Below are positions 49,803 through 61,017 of a stretch of DNA of 64,000 bases, one piece after another. The notes below the pieces were generated by a model, which did no database searches, had not been told where the DNA came from, and saw only the letters and a list, made by a program, of their open reading frames with translations. This DNA comes from Octopus sinensis (taxonomy: Eukaryota). The stretch lies in contig NC_043018.1 in the NCBI RefSeq assembly GCF_006345805.1, forward strand, positions 7,316,001 to 7,380,000, given 5' to 3'. Position 1 is the stretch's first letter. Each line of letters begins with the position of its first letter. A program made the translations under genes and the position numbers.

Positions 49803-50387
49803 ATTATTTGTAAATGTTTGGTTCATGAGTTGATTTGAAACCAAAATCATTAAATTATTAAAATGATATAAGGTTGTGTGCCGCCGCGAGGAGAAAAGGT
49901 GAGTGCTGATTATTGTAACCTTGCTCCTCTTAGAAGCTACGAAAAGCGTGAGACGGTAATTTTCCAGATTATTAACCGTAATGTTTCGAGTCTATATTTA
50001 AATTATTTACATCTGCACCGACCGAAAAGTCAGAATCATCGACGAGAAAGCCAATCGTGCGCTTTGAAGAGAAGGCAAAAACCACCTCTGCTGGTCAAAG
50101 CACAAAGTTATTAAACTCCGTGAAGCAAACAGAAAACCCGATCAAAGAGCGTTGATGTCAATATTGTAAATGTATTCTTAAAGGTTAATGGTCCATATAT
50201 CATCGTCTTATTAACAGCGACTAATATAATAACTCATTTAGGTTCTTAATCAAGTCTGTGGTATGTTTCTAATGTCTTCCGTGATGGAGACACGCATACA
50301 CACACAAGTTTCTAATTCCTTCAAAACATTGTCTTCCTTACACATAATTTTTATAAAAGAAGGGCTCTACTCATCATTTCCCATGTA

Positions 50388-50909
50388 CCGTAAGTCCTCG
50401 AGTATAATCCGCATTCTTTTCCCAAAATTTAAAAGTCAAAATCCCTAGTGCGTATTATATACGAGGTGAAAAATGAAAAATGTTTTCTAAGCAATGTCCG
50501 AGTCTCTATTTGCTGTCCGGCAATGTTTATTCAGACGCATTCTGTAATGTCGGGCGCGAAAATACCTTAAGCTAAGCCTGAAAGCAATGAAGTCATAAAA
50601 GAATCATCCATAACTTGCAGTAAACAACATTTATTAAACGTTATTACTGTTATTACTGTTATTTCTTTTATTTTCTGCAAACAAAATGCACAAAAAAGCT
50701 ACTCATTTGCATTATGTTATATATCCAATAATAATAAAGGACATTACCGTATACATTTTTATAAACCAGGGACGTTATATAGATCTCCTTCACTCAAGTT
50801 AGAGAATGGGTGCGTATTATACACAAGGTTTGGGTTTTTCAGAGGTACAGTCCCCTAAAAATCTCCTGCGTATTATACTCAAGGGCGGACTATACTCGAG
50901 GATTTACGG
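50388..50909. mobile_element. pogo/Tc2-like non-autonomous DNA transposon (522 bp)
   Basis: TA-CCGTAAGTCCTCGAGTATAATCCGC ... GCGGACTATACTCGAGGATTTACGG-CA; subterminal GTGCGTATTATA repeats. Confidence 0.75.
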
Positions 50910-51809
50910 CAATCGAAAGAAAGAACCAGACCACACACTTCTTATTTCTTCTAAGAACACCCTTGGTTACACACTTCATTTCTACTAAAATGGGTTCTCT
51001 CCAAATATTTCTTGTAAATTCTTCAATGAAGATCCTTGCGACACACTTCTTAGTTCTTCGAAAGAGGGTTTTCTCTCCACATACTTCAAATTTCTTCTAA
51101 GAAAAGTGTGTCCCCCCACCCGCCGCCATCTCTTCTGCTCCGACGTATGTACTATATGATGCAAGTGCGTACGAACTTGTCTCATGTTGAGAATTTTTAT
51201 TTTTGTATTAATCGAAAAGGAAAACAAAATGATAATATAAAATTGGATTTCGTCTGGAAAGAAACCTTTAGGTAAATAATAAAAAATAAAAATGTAGCAG
51301 CACCAATTCCTGTAGATAGAAAGGAATGGCAGGAAGGATTACAAATGATGCAGCATCTTCATGAAACATCAAACAACGATGACAACATCGATAACGGAAA
51401 ACGACAACAACAACAACAACAGTAGCAGCGATGACAACTACGACAACTAAAACGTGAATTTCAGTTTCTAGATGTGGAAACTTCTAAACGATAAAAATCA
51501 ATAAACGACATATTTTATGTTTTCCTTTTACGTAAAATGCAAAAAAAAAAAAGAATTCTTGAAAATAATAAAAATGAAGTTAAAATACTTTTGGAGTTTG
51601 TTGTTTGTTTATTTTTTTTCTTTATAGTTGTTCTGTCAGGTTGGCGAATTGGCACAACTGAAGTTACTCACATGGTGGCATTCTAGGCCTCCGTGTGCCA
51701 TCGGTTTCGGTCCTCTCCTGGGTTCTGAGTAAATAATCTCGCCGAAATTAAATTTGTTTTTCATTTCACCGAAACCGATAAATGAAGTGACACTCAGGTA
51801 TTGTGTTCT

Positions 51810-52360
51810 TTCTTTCTTTCTTTCCTTCCTTCCTTCCTTCCTTCCTTCCTTCCTTCCTCCTTCCTTCCTTCCTTCCTTCCTTCCTTCCTTCCTTCCTTCC
51901 TTCCTTCCTTCCTTCTTCCTTCCTTCTTCCTTCTTTCCTTCTTCCTTCCTTCCTTCCTTCTTTCTTTCTTCCTTCCTTCTTTCCTTCCTTCCTTCTTTCT
52001 TTCCTTCCTTCTTCTTTCCTTCCTTCTTTCCTTCCTTCCTTCTTTCCTTCCTTCCTTCCTTCTTTCCTTCCTTCCTTCCTTCCTTCCTTCCTTCTTTCCT
52101 TCCTTCTTTCTTTCCTTCCTTCCTTCTTTCTTTCCTTCCTTCCATCCTTTCTTTCATTCTTTCTTTCCTTCCTTCCTTCTTTCTTTCTTTCCTTCCTTCT
52201 TTCTTCTTCCTTCCTTCCTTCCTTCCTTCCTTCCTTCTTTCCTTCTTTCCTTCCTTCTTCCTTCCTTCCTTCCTTCCTTCTTTCCTTCTTTCTTTCTTTC
52301 TTTCCTTCTTTCTTTCCTTCCTTCTTTCTTTCTTTCCTTTCCTTTTTTCCTTTCCTTCTT

Positions 52361-52412
<52 letters not shown>

Positions 52413-52415
52413 TAT
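51810..52415. repeat. About 600-bp (CCTT)n/(CTTT)n polypyrimidine tract
   Basis: Directly visible. Confidence 0.95.
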
Positions 52416-53595
52416 TTCTCACTCATTACGTTGTGCTATGAGAAAAGTAATAGGGTAACATTCCCTGGGTTCCTTCCATTAATAATTTTAAAAATTGATA
52501 GCAATGAGTTTCAACTTCTTTTTATGAATGTGTGTGTGTATGTATGCGTGTGTATGTGTGTTTGTGTGTGTGTACAGACATAATAATCAGGTAAATAATA
52601 AAGAATTATGTTCTTACATAACTTTATTTACTTACGTACGTTTCAAATTACTTGAAGAAAATGTTTCGGCGTAATACAAAGGTTTGTATACATAATCAAT
52701 CAATCGATTCATTTATCACCTACTTAATGTAGCTACACATAAACCGACAAGCTATTGGAATCTTTCAAACACTGATCGAAGAGCAAAGTAACGTGGAACT
52801 GTAACACAGAAAAAAAAAATGTTGATATCTGCTGCGTTTTTTTTCCAATAGAATTTTTGTTATTAAATGTTTAAAAGAATGAAAAATCTATTAATTTTAA
52901 TAAATCTGAAAACATTTTTCAGTGTGTATCTAAGATAAATTAATGTTGACTAACAGCCATACTTGGCCTTTCCCGGGTTTGTCTCTTCCTAAAAAGTCAC
53001 TTGAGTTCCTTAAATTTTGAATAAATCGTTTTTTTTTAAAAAAAAAAGATGTTAGCAATTCTCAGTTGAAAGAGCGTAGCCTAGTGGTTAGAATGTTCTA
53101 CTAACAATCGTAAAATAGTGGTTTCAATCTCAATCGATAGTGATTTCATCTCAATCGAAGGAGAGGGGCTTTCGCCGTCCGGGTTGCAGATCCGTGGAAT
53201 AAGCTGCTGGACGAGATGGTGAAGATGCCGACGACCGCTCGGTTCAAAGTCTCTCTTGACCGGAAATGGCCTGAGCTCTTTGTATGACCATCCTCCCTGT
53301 ACATAACTCCATGTCCCACTACATGGCCTTGCTTTTGCTTTTTGAGCCAATAAAAATTAAATTAAATTAAATTAAAATTTTTGTACCGAACGGTGTGTTG
53401 TGCTCTTGAGTAAAAACACTCCCTTTCACATTGGTGTAGTCTTTTCAGTTATAAATAAGTAACCCTGAAGCGGACTGGTGTCCCGTTCAGCGGGGGGTGT
53501 AGTGATCTCAGGTACTTACACGCCATGGAAACCGAGTAACCGGCTCTAAGTCCTAGGACACGAAACAATAATGTCCAACGCTTAATAGAGGATGG

Positions 53596-53990
53596 GGATT
53601 TTTTTCGGTTTGAACGGCAGTTTTTTAAAATAATTTCCACTTAACTAAACACTTTTAAACTTCGTATACTGGTAGAATGTGTTTATAAAACATCTTTTTC
53701 TCTTGGCTTTATTGAGAAAATTATATAATTTGTAAGATATTTGTTGTTTTTTCTTCAATTTCTGCAATTTCAACCAATCAATGACGTCTATTGAGGTGAA
53801 AACATTCTGTGACGTATTAAAATGTCCCTCGTTTAAGAAACAGATTGGGTTTATTTTCATTTCTGAAGAAAAAAAGATACCCTTCTCCCCACCCCTAACC
53901 CTAACCCTAAAGCAGATTGAAATGCAATAGATCGATACTAGGGTCATATGACACCGCTAGAAAAAACTGCCGTTCAAACCGAAAAGATCC
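53596..53990. mobile_element. MITE with about 30-bp GGAT...ATCC TIRs and an 8-bp TSD (Merlin-like)
   Basis: TSD GAGGATGG at 53588-53595 and 53991-53998; TIR core CGGTTTGAACGGCAGTTTTTT; internal (CCCTAA)n. Confidence 0.75.
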
Positions 53991-54139
53991 GAGGATGGTA
54001 ATAAGGAAGAGGTAGAGAGAATATAGAATACCCAATTCGCCTGGAAATGGTGTGGATTCTCCCCAGCTGTTTCTTCTAAATCCAGGTAGGTCAGAAGGTG
54101 GTTCGAGATGAGGTTTGATGAAAATGTGGCGAAAAATAA

Positions 54140-54557
54140 TAAACGGTTCTGGGTTCAATCTCACTGTGCGGCACTTTGAGCGAGTATCATCTACTATAGT
54201 ACGGCCTTCTGAGTAGATTTGGTAGACGGAAACTAAAAGAAGCCCGTCTTGTGTGTGTGTATGTGTGCGTGTTTATGTTTGTTCCCCATCATTGCTGGAA
54301 AACAGGTGTAGGTGTGTTTACGTCTACGTAAGTTGGCAGTTCTGCAAAAGAGACCGATAGAATCAGTCATTTGACTGTGGCTATGCTGGAGCACCGCCTT
54401 TAGTCGAACAAAGCGACCCCAGAACTTATTCTTTGTAAGCCTAGTATTTATTCTATCGATCTGTTTTGCCGAACCGCTAATTTACGGGTACGTAAACACA
54501 CCAGCATCGGTTGCTAAGCGATGTTGGGGAGACAAACACAGACACAAACACACACAC

Positions 54558-54620
<63 letters not shown>

Positions 54621-54810
54621 ATATATATATATAATATATATACATACGACGGCCTTCTTTCAGTTTACGTCTACCAAATCCACTCACGAGGCTTTGGTCG
54701 GCCCGAGGCTATAGCAGAAGGGACTTGCCCAAGGTGCCACGCAGTGGGACTGAACCCGGAACCATGTGGTTGGTAAGCAAACTACTTACGATACAGCCAC
54801 TCCTGCGCCT
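54140..54810. mobile_element. Abutting inverted S1 SINEs (54140-54362 plus; 54363-54810 minus)
   Basis: Orientation switches at GACCGATAGAAT/CAGTCATTTGAC. Confidence 0.85.
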
Positions 54811-54970
54811 ATATATATATAAATAAACAGGTGTTGCGATCGATTCGTTCAACTAAGTTTTTTCAACGTTGTGCCCCATAATGGCGGCAGTCTAGTGACT
54901 GCAACAAGAAAAAATATATAATACTTAATATAAATTTTTACTTTTACATTTTCTCTTTATTTTCTCTCAG

Positions 54971-55124
54971 AATATTTGCAGTAATTTACATAATTGCTCC
55001 AATGTCTATTGCAGTTTTTGCTGGCATATACAATGTTCTTAGTGTTTTCCATCTGAAGCTTAAATATATATTCGGAAAACAAGCAATGTGTTTGAAGATG
55101 ATTAGAGGGTTGGATGAGTGCTAA
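54971..55124 (+). CDS. Candidate terminal coding exon with a hydrophobic, transmembrane-like segment
   Basis: About 30-nt polypyrimidine tract ending CTCTCAG; reads (x)IFAVIYIIAPMSIAVFAGIYNVLSVFHLKLKYIFGKQAMCLKMIRGLDEC*. Confidence 0.3.
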
Positions 55125-55854
55125 TGATGGGGCAAAAACCCGCGAAATCTGGCATTTATACCCATTACCTTTTTCTCAGTTTCGATCTCATTCTTTGTTT
55201 ACATCTCACGTCTCGATGCGAAACGCTCTAGCAAAAACTCAATGCTGGTTACAATCTCTATAGTATATCTGCAGAGAAAACCTTCACAAGTAATGTAAAA
55301 GCGCATTGCTAACACAGAAGAACGCGATATTGACTTATAAAAATATTTAATATACTTTATAGTATATTATAGTTGCATAACGAAATACCGCGTACCAAGA
55401 AAACAAGAATGTTCCCTTACGCCAGCCTGTAGTCTATACCTTGGGAAAAACATACATACATTACTGTCCTATATTACTATTCCATTGAAGTATATATTCT
55501 TTACTTGTTTCAGTCATATAAATATATATATTTACGTATATACCGTCTAAGAATCCACAAGTCAAGGATGGCAGTTACGGGGTGAAAATATGGAGACTAC
55601 ATGTACATAGAATACTGTATACTCCGATTAATATATCCACTCTACTGACAGATATACAGTCCGATTATGTTACCTATCTCTCCGTTGAACCCCTAGTACC
55701 AACCCGTTAGGTAAGATCGGCTACTATATATATATATATCTATATATAATCAATAATAATAAAGGGTAAAATTAATTAATTAACTAGTAATTAATAATTC
55801 CACCAAGTAGAATTCGGCATGTTAAAAGGACCATTTTTCGGTAAACTTAAACAA

Positions 55855-56075
55855 TATTTTATAATTACGAGTATAATTATAATTAGGGTTCAGCAAAAAT
55901 TTGATTTACCACATACCGAACATTAGAAATAGCAGCCAAAGAACCTTAGCTATTTCTTCTTCTTTTAGTAGAAGAAATAGCTAAGGTTCTTTGGCTGCTA
56001 TTTCTAAAGTTCGGTATGTGGTAAAGCAAATTTTTGCTGAACCCTAATTATAATTATACTCGTAATTATAAAATA
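55855..56075. repeat. Palindrome with 106-bp arms and a 9-nt spacer
   Basis: 55855-55960 vs 55970-56075, two mismatches seen. Confidence 0.9.
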
Positions 56076-56125
<50 letters not shown>

Positions 56126-56760
56126 ATAAGATACTACACACAAACACATAGAAATGATAATATATGTGTGAGTTTACGTACTTATTATCACTTACGCGCT
56201 AACACGCACATAAATGCGCATATATAAGTGACTGTTTGACTTTTAATGCTTTGTAAATCTCGTTACACGAAAGAAAATATCTGGTCAGATTAAGTAAGTA
56301 AAGAGATTAGAGAAGAATTCATGGAACTGATGTCGCTTTCGGACCAATAACACCATGTGATCTGAACCGACAAATAGTTAGCCTATCAGCTGAAAACCAT
56401 CTTGAATTTATTTCAAATACCTTTACTCTTCTCTGCATATCTGACGAGATAGGTTCGTTCTACGAGCCTACAAAACTTTAAGTCGTATAAAGCTGTGTCA
56501 AACGCACGTATAACGTACGTGTGTTGTCAGTTCCACATTCTTTCGTTTTTCCACTCATATATAGAGAATATATACGAGTATAAAGTAACCCATCAGATTA
56601 GTGTAAACAATTTTTTACTATTGGTGAATATAAAACATTGATATATACATGTGTGTGTGTGTGTATATATATATTAATGTTTTTATGTACAACTATAATA
56701 AAAAAAAAACAAACAAACAATTTGTACATTAATCTAATGGGTAATTCTATACTTTTGTAG

Positions 56761-56800
56761 AGTACAAATCTATTATTCTTAAACAGAAATATTATTGACA
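56761..56800 (+). other. Candidate 40-nt exon, paralogue of 44574-44613
   Basis: CTAAT (56734), TACTTTTGTAG acceptor, ACA/GTGACT donor. Confidence 0.35.
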
Positions 56801-56856
56801 GTGACTTCGAAATTTCGACCAGTTAAGCCACGTATACATATACATACAAACATACA

Positions 56857-56888
<32 letters not shown>

Positions 56889-56997
56889 CACACACGTATA
56901 TATATATATACACTCACACACACATACACATGCGTATATATATATATACGCATGTGTATGTGAGTGTGTGCGTGCGTGGTGTGTGTGTATACATATT

Positions 56998-57058
<61 letters not shown>

Positions 57059-57114
57059 TTGTGTATATACATACACAGACACAGACACACACATATGCAC
57101 TTAAAGGTATTGGG

Positions 57115-57155
<41 letters not shown>

Positions 57156-57221
57156 TATTACACAATGCTTTGAAGTGCATGTATGTGTGTGTCTCAGTGT
57201 ATGTGTATATGTACGTATATA

Positions 57222-57270
<49 letters not shown>

Positions 57271-57889
57271 GTATATGTATATGTATACACATGCTCATAT
57301 ATACACACATACATACACGTATATTGATCCTTTAATTTGCTGTCAATAGTCAATATAAGCAATAAACCATCCTTACAGCAAATATTTAGAACAGTTTTGC
57401 TTCGGATCAATGCCAGAATAATATTATTCAATCGGGTTTTAGTGTTTATTAATTAGCTGAACGAAATTTGAAGGCAATATGACGTTTATTGTCAATATTA
57501 CTGACAAAACACTTCTTATATACTGGTGGCGGTCAAAGGAAACGTAAGAGTTATCAAAAGGAACCATATACTGCTAATTGTTGCCAGCCTTCAAAGCAAC
57601 AAGTTGCAAATGAGTCGGTGAATTTACAAGAAAAGGGGGAAAGAAAACAGAAGAAATAAATACCATTTATTGATGCTGTTGTTGTTAATGTTGGTATTGT
57701 TGGTGTTGCTATTCATGTGGGTGTTTATTAGAATGCGATGTATTCATTCTTCGTGGTAGACTTGCAGGGGCTGGTACAGAATTGGCCAGTTTAAGCAGAA
57801 GAGAAGAGAAGAGACGAGAGAAGGTTGGCTAAAAAGGGCAAAATCTCTCTCTCTATTCACTTCGGTTTCCGTGTCCAGCCTTATCTATC

Positions 57890-58092
57890 TTTTACTTGTT
57901 TCAGTCATTTGACTGCGGCCATGCTGGAGCACCGCCTTTAGTCGAGCAAATCGACCCCAGGACTTATTCTTTTGTAAGCCCAATACTTATTCTATCGGTC
58001 TCTTTTGCCGAACCGGTAGGTGACGGGGACGTAAACACACCAGCATCGGTTGTCAAGCAATGCTAGGGGGACAAACACTGACACACAAACAT

Positions 58093-58152
<60 letters not shown>

Positions 58153-58250
58153 TATATAATATATACGACGGGCTTCTTTCAGTTTCCGTCTACCAAATCC
58201 ACTCACAAGGCATTGGTCGGCCTGAGGCTATAGCAGAAGACACTTGCCCA
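57890..58250 (-). mobile_element. S1 SINE lacking its head
   Basis: Ends at ACTTGCCCAA. Confidence 0.85.
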
Positions 58251-58251
58251 A

Positions 58252-58675
58252 GATGTGAAAAATGCTGGGTAATGACCGAAAGAATACGATGGTGAATACA
58301 AGAAGCTGGAATAGGGTTCCTTCATAGGATATCAGGAGTATCATTACTCGACAGGTTGTGTAGCTCGGAGAGCAGGGAGTCTCTCGAGGTCGAGACTATG
58401 TTTCTCCGCGTGGAGAGGTCACAGCCCTTATACTACGGGCATGAGATTAAAATGTCGCAACAAAGAATCCTTCGGCGTGTTCTTCATACAAGGGACCCTG
58501 GAGTAGACCAAGAATGAGATAGATAATAACTACAGTTCCAGTTGGTAAGGTCTGGGAATCCAGTCGCGAAGTGTCATGATGGTTGCGTCTAATAAGGCCC
58601 AATGGAAGAGGTGTCTGAGTACTCTATTCTCATGAACTCTCAGGATCAGTAGGCAAAGAAGCGGGATGGATGGTT
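58252..58675 (+). pseudogene. RTE-clade LINE RT C-terminus and 3' end
   Basis: CEKCWVMTERIR..IGFLHRISGVSLLDRL..RESLEVE..LRVERSQ..YGHEIKM..SRPRMR; ends GGATGGATGG. Confidence 0.85.
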
Positions 58676-59246
58676 CTCAAAGACGGTGGCCTAGACTCAA
58701 AATTGGTTTACTCTTATTTAGTGTTGTAGGTTTTGGAGGCTTGGTGATGGGCGAGGAATCTTCTTTCAACATGTTGGTGACCCATAAGAAAGTGTGGCAC
58801 TACTTGAGGCACTGATCGCTTTAACTTTGCGGGAAAAAATATGTCACCGTCTAATCACCACCACCATCATTGCCGTCGTCGTCATCGTCGCTATCGTCGC
58901 CGTTATCGTTATCTTCGCCTTCGTCGTCGCCATCGTCATCATCATCATCCGCAGCATCCACAGCACCAGCTATAGCATCTACAGTTCCTTTGCTTTCAGT
59001 TCTTTTGGTACCAGTATCAGTCAGCCTCTGCCAGTTTTATCGATTTCGAACAAGCAGCTTCGAGGAGGCAACTACAATTCCGAGGCCTTTGAGAGAAATT
59101 TTGTAGATCCTGGCGAAGTGTAGGGGGCGATAGATGACTAACAGACTAGAGAAACACTAGAGAAATATACTTGTAAAAGCGTAAATGGACACGGGAGATG
59201 TACGTCTGTATACTACAAGTACACGTTGCAGCAACACTATCGTCCT

Positions 59247-59309
59247 CTAAAGAGACAACCATCTAAAGAGACAACCATCTAAAGAGACAACCATCTAAAG
59301 AGACAACCA
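59247..59309. repeat. 16-bp tandem repeat, about 4 copies (CTAAAGAGACAACCAT)
   Basis: Directly visible. Confidence 0.95.
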
Positions 59310-59374
59310 CTCACGCACATATAAACGCACACAAACACACAAACGCAAACATATAAGATCTGTAGAGAAAATAC

Positions 59375-60004
59375 CTATTTCTTTGCTACCCACAAGGGGC
59401 TAAACACAGAGGGGACAAACAAGGACAGACAAAGGGATTAAGTCGATTATATCGACCCCAGTGCGTAACGGCGAGCTGGCAGAAACGTTAGCACGCCGGG
59501 CGAACTGCTTAGCGGTATTTCGTCTGCGTTACGTTGTGAGTTCAAATTCCGCCGAGGTCGACTTTGCCTTTCATCCTTTCGGGGTCGATAAATTAAGTAC
59601 CAGTTACGCACTGGGGTCGATGTAATCGACTTAATACCAATGTCTGTCCTTGTTTGTTCCCTCTGTGTTTAGCCCCTTGTGGGTAATAAAGAAATAGGTA
59701 CTTATTTAATCGACCCCGAAAGGATGAAAGGCAAAGTCGATCTCGGAGGAATTTGAACTCAGAACGTAACGGCAGTCGAAATACCTATTTCTTTACTATC
59801 CACAAGGGGTTAAACACAGAGAGGCCAAACAAGGACAGACAAACGGATTAAGTCGATTACATCGACCCCAGTGCGTTACTGGTACTTAATTTATCGACCC
59901 CGGAAGGATGAAAGGCAAAGTCGACCTCGGCGGAATTTGAACTCAGAATGTAGCGACAGACGAAATACGGCTAAGCATTTCGCCTGGAGTGCTAACGATT
60001 CTAC
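59375..60004. mobile_element. Nested S2 SINE cluster: a minus host with one plus and one minus copy inserted
   Basis: Segments 59375-59468 (-), 59469-59700 (+), 59701-59787 (-), about 59788-60004 (-). Confidence 0.85.
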
Positions 60005-60419
60005 CTTCAATCTCATAGTAACCTTTGATCAATTTTATTTAAACAATAAGTCCTCAATCTCCAAAGATATAAGACTTAAAAAAAAAAATTACATAATAGA
60101 AAGAAAACAAAAGAAAAGCAAACAGCAATTAAGAAACAAAAAGTTCACCATCAACAAAAATATAAACAATGGGAATATATCATAAAAGCGAAAAAAACAA
60201 TGCAAAGTCAAGATACAAGGTAGACCTAGCACATGGAAAAAAATAATAGAAAATAATTAATAATAAAACTCAACAAAGTCAAAGTTTAGCATACCTAAAG
60301 AATACTGACCAAACCAACAAAAGCCGAACCTAAACACAAAAGGAAAATATGAATGTAAAATAATAAGAGAAAGATTTTTGAATAAGAAATTCTAAAGATG
60401 GAGATACTGAATAGGACAA

Positions 60420-61000
60420 TACTCTAAAGGTGGAAATAGCTAATCAATTAAAATCGATAGATCTCCTTCTGGACCAATGAATGATTCTTGCTAATATAAA
60501 AGTTGACGATAAAATAGAGACAAAGATAAAAAGAGCAAACCTCGCCATCGTAAACTTAATGAAAACAGATGAGAACATCAATATCACTATTATAATCGAA
60601 ATAATATATGCAACAGCTGCAATGTGGTTACAAAGGAAAGTGGTTACTCTATATAGAAATACCAAAAACCCCAAACAAACAACGGTTGTGGGGGGGAGCA
60701 TTCAGGAAAAGAAGAGATGCAAAAATCAAAAGATCTCTCTCAATCTTAATGAAATCAATAACGAAAAGGAAGAGACTGAGAAGAGGTAAACAAGGGGAGA
60801 AAACTATAACAAAAACAAGGAAACTTTAGAAAAAAAAAAAGACCATCCGAAATTAAAGAATGCCTAAAACAAGTGATCGTCGTTGAATGGCAAAGAATCC
60901 GTCGTTTTGAAAATTTGAAAACGGCAGCAATTCTTTTAAACAAAGCAAATAGCCCGGTTCCAACCAAAAACGATTTTATCGAGAGCGCCGTAAAAATTTA
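60420..61000 (+). pseudogene. R4/Dong-like LINE ORF fragment (may extend to about 62170)
   Basis: RANLAIVNLMKTDENINITIIIEIIYATAA; EIKECLKQ..QRIRRFE; later FTEGEKPILISK resembles this clade. Confidence 0.6.
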
Positions 61001-61017
61001 AATAGATATTAATGCAG

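Noticed and set aside
51636-52583. Long ORFs (173-260 aa; KEGR and SFLP repeats)
   Set aside because: Reading frames through the (CCTT)n tract, open on both strands, with no codon-level signal
52625-52650. GAAAC-GTAC-GTA half motif on the minus strand
   Set aside because: No upstream CUGANGA or complementary stem I found
56441-56475. CTGACGA plus a hairpin
   Set aside because: Followed by GAGC rather than GAAA, with no stem III
58794-59123. Hydrophobic or Ser/Asp-rich ORFs
   Set aside because: Degenerate (CGT/CAT)n trinucleotide repeat with no splice or homology support
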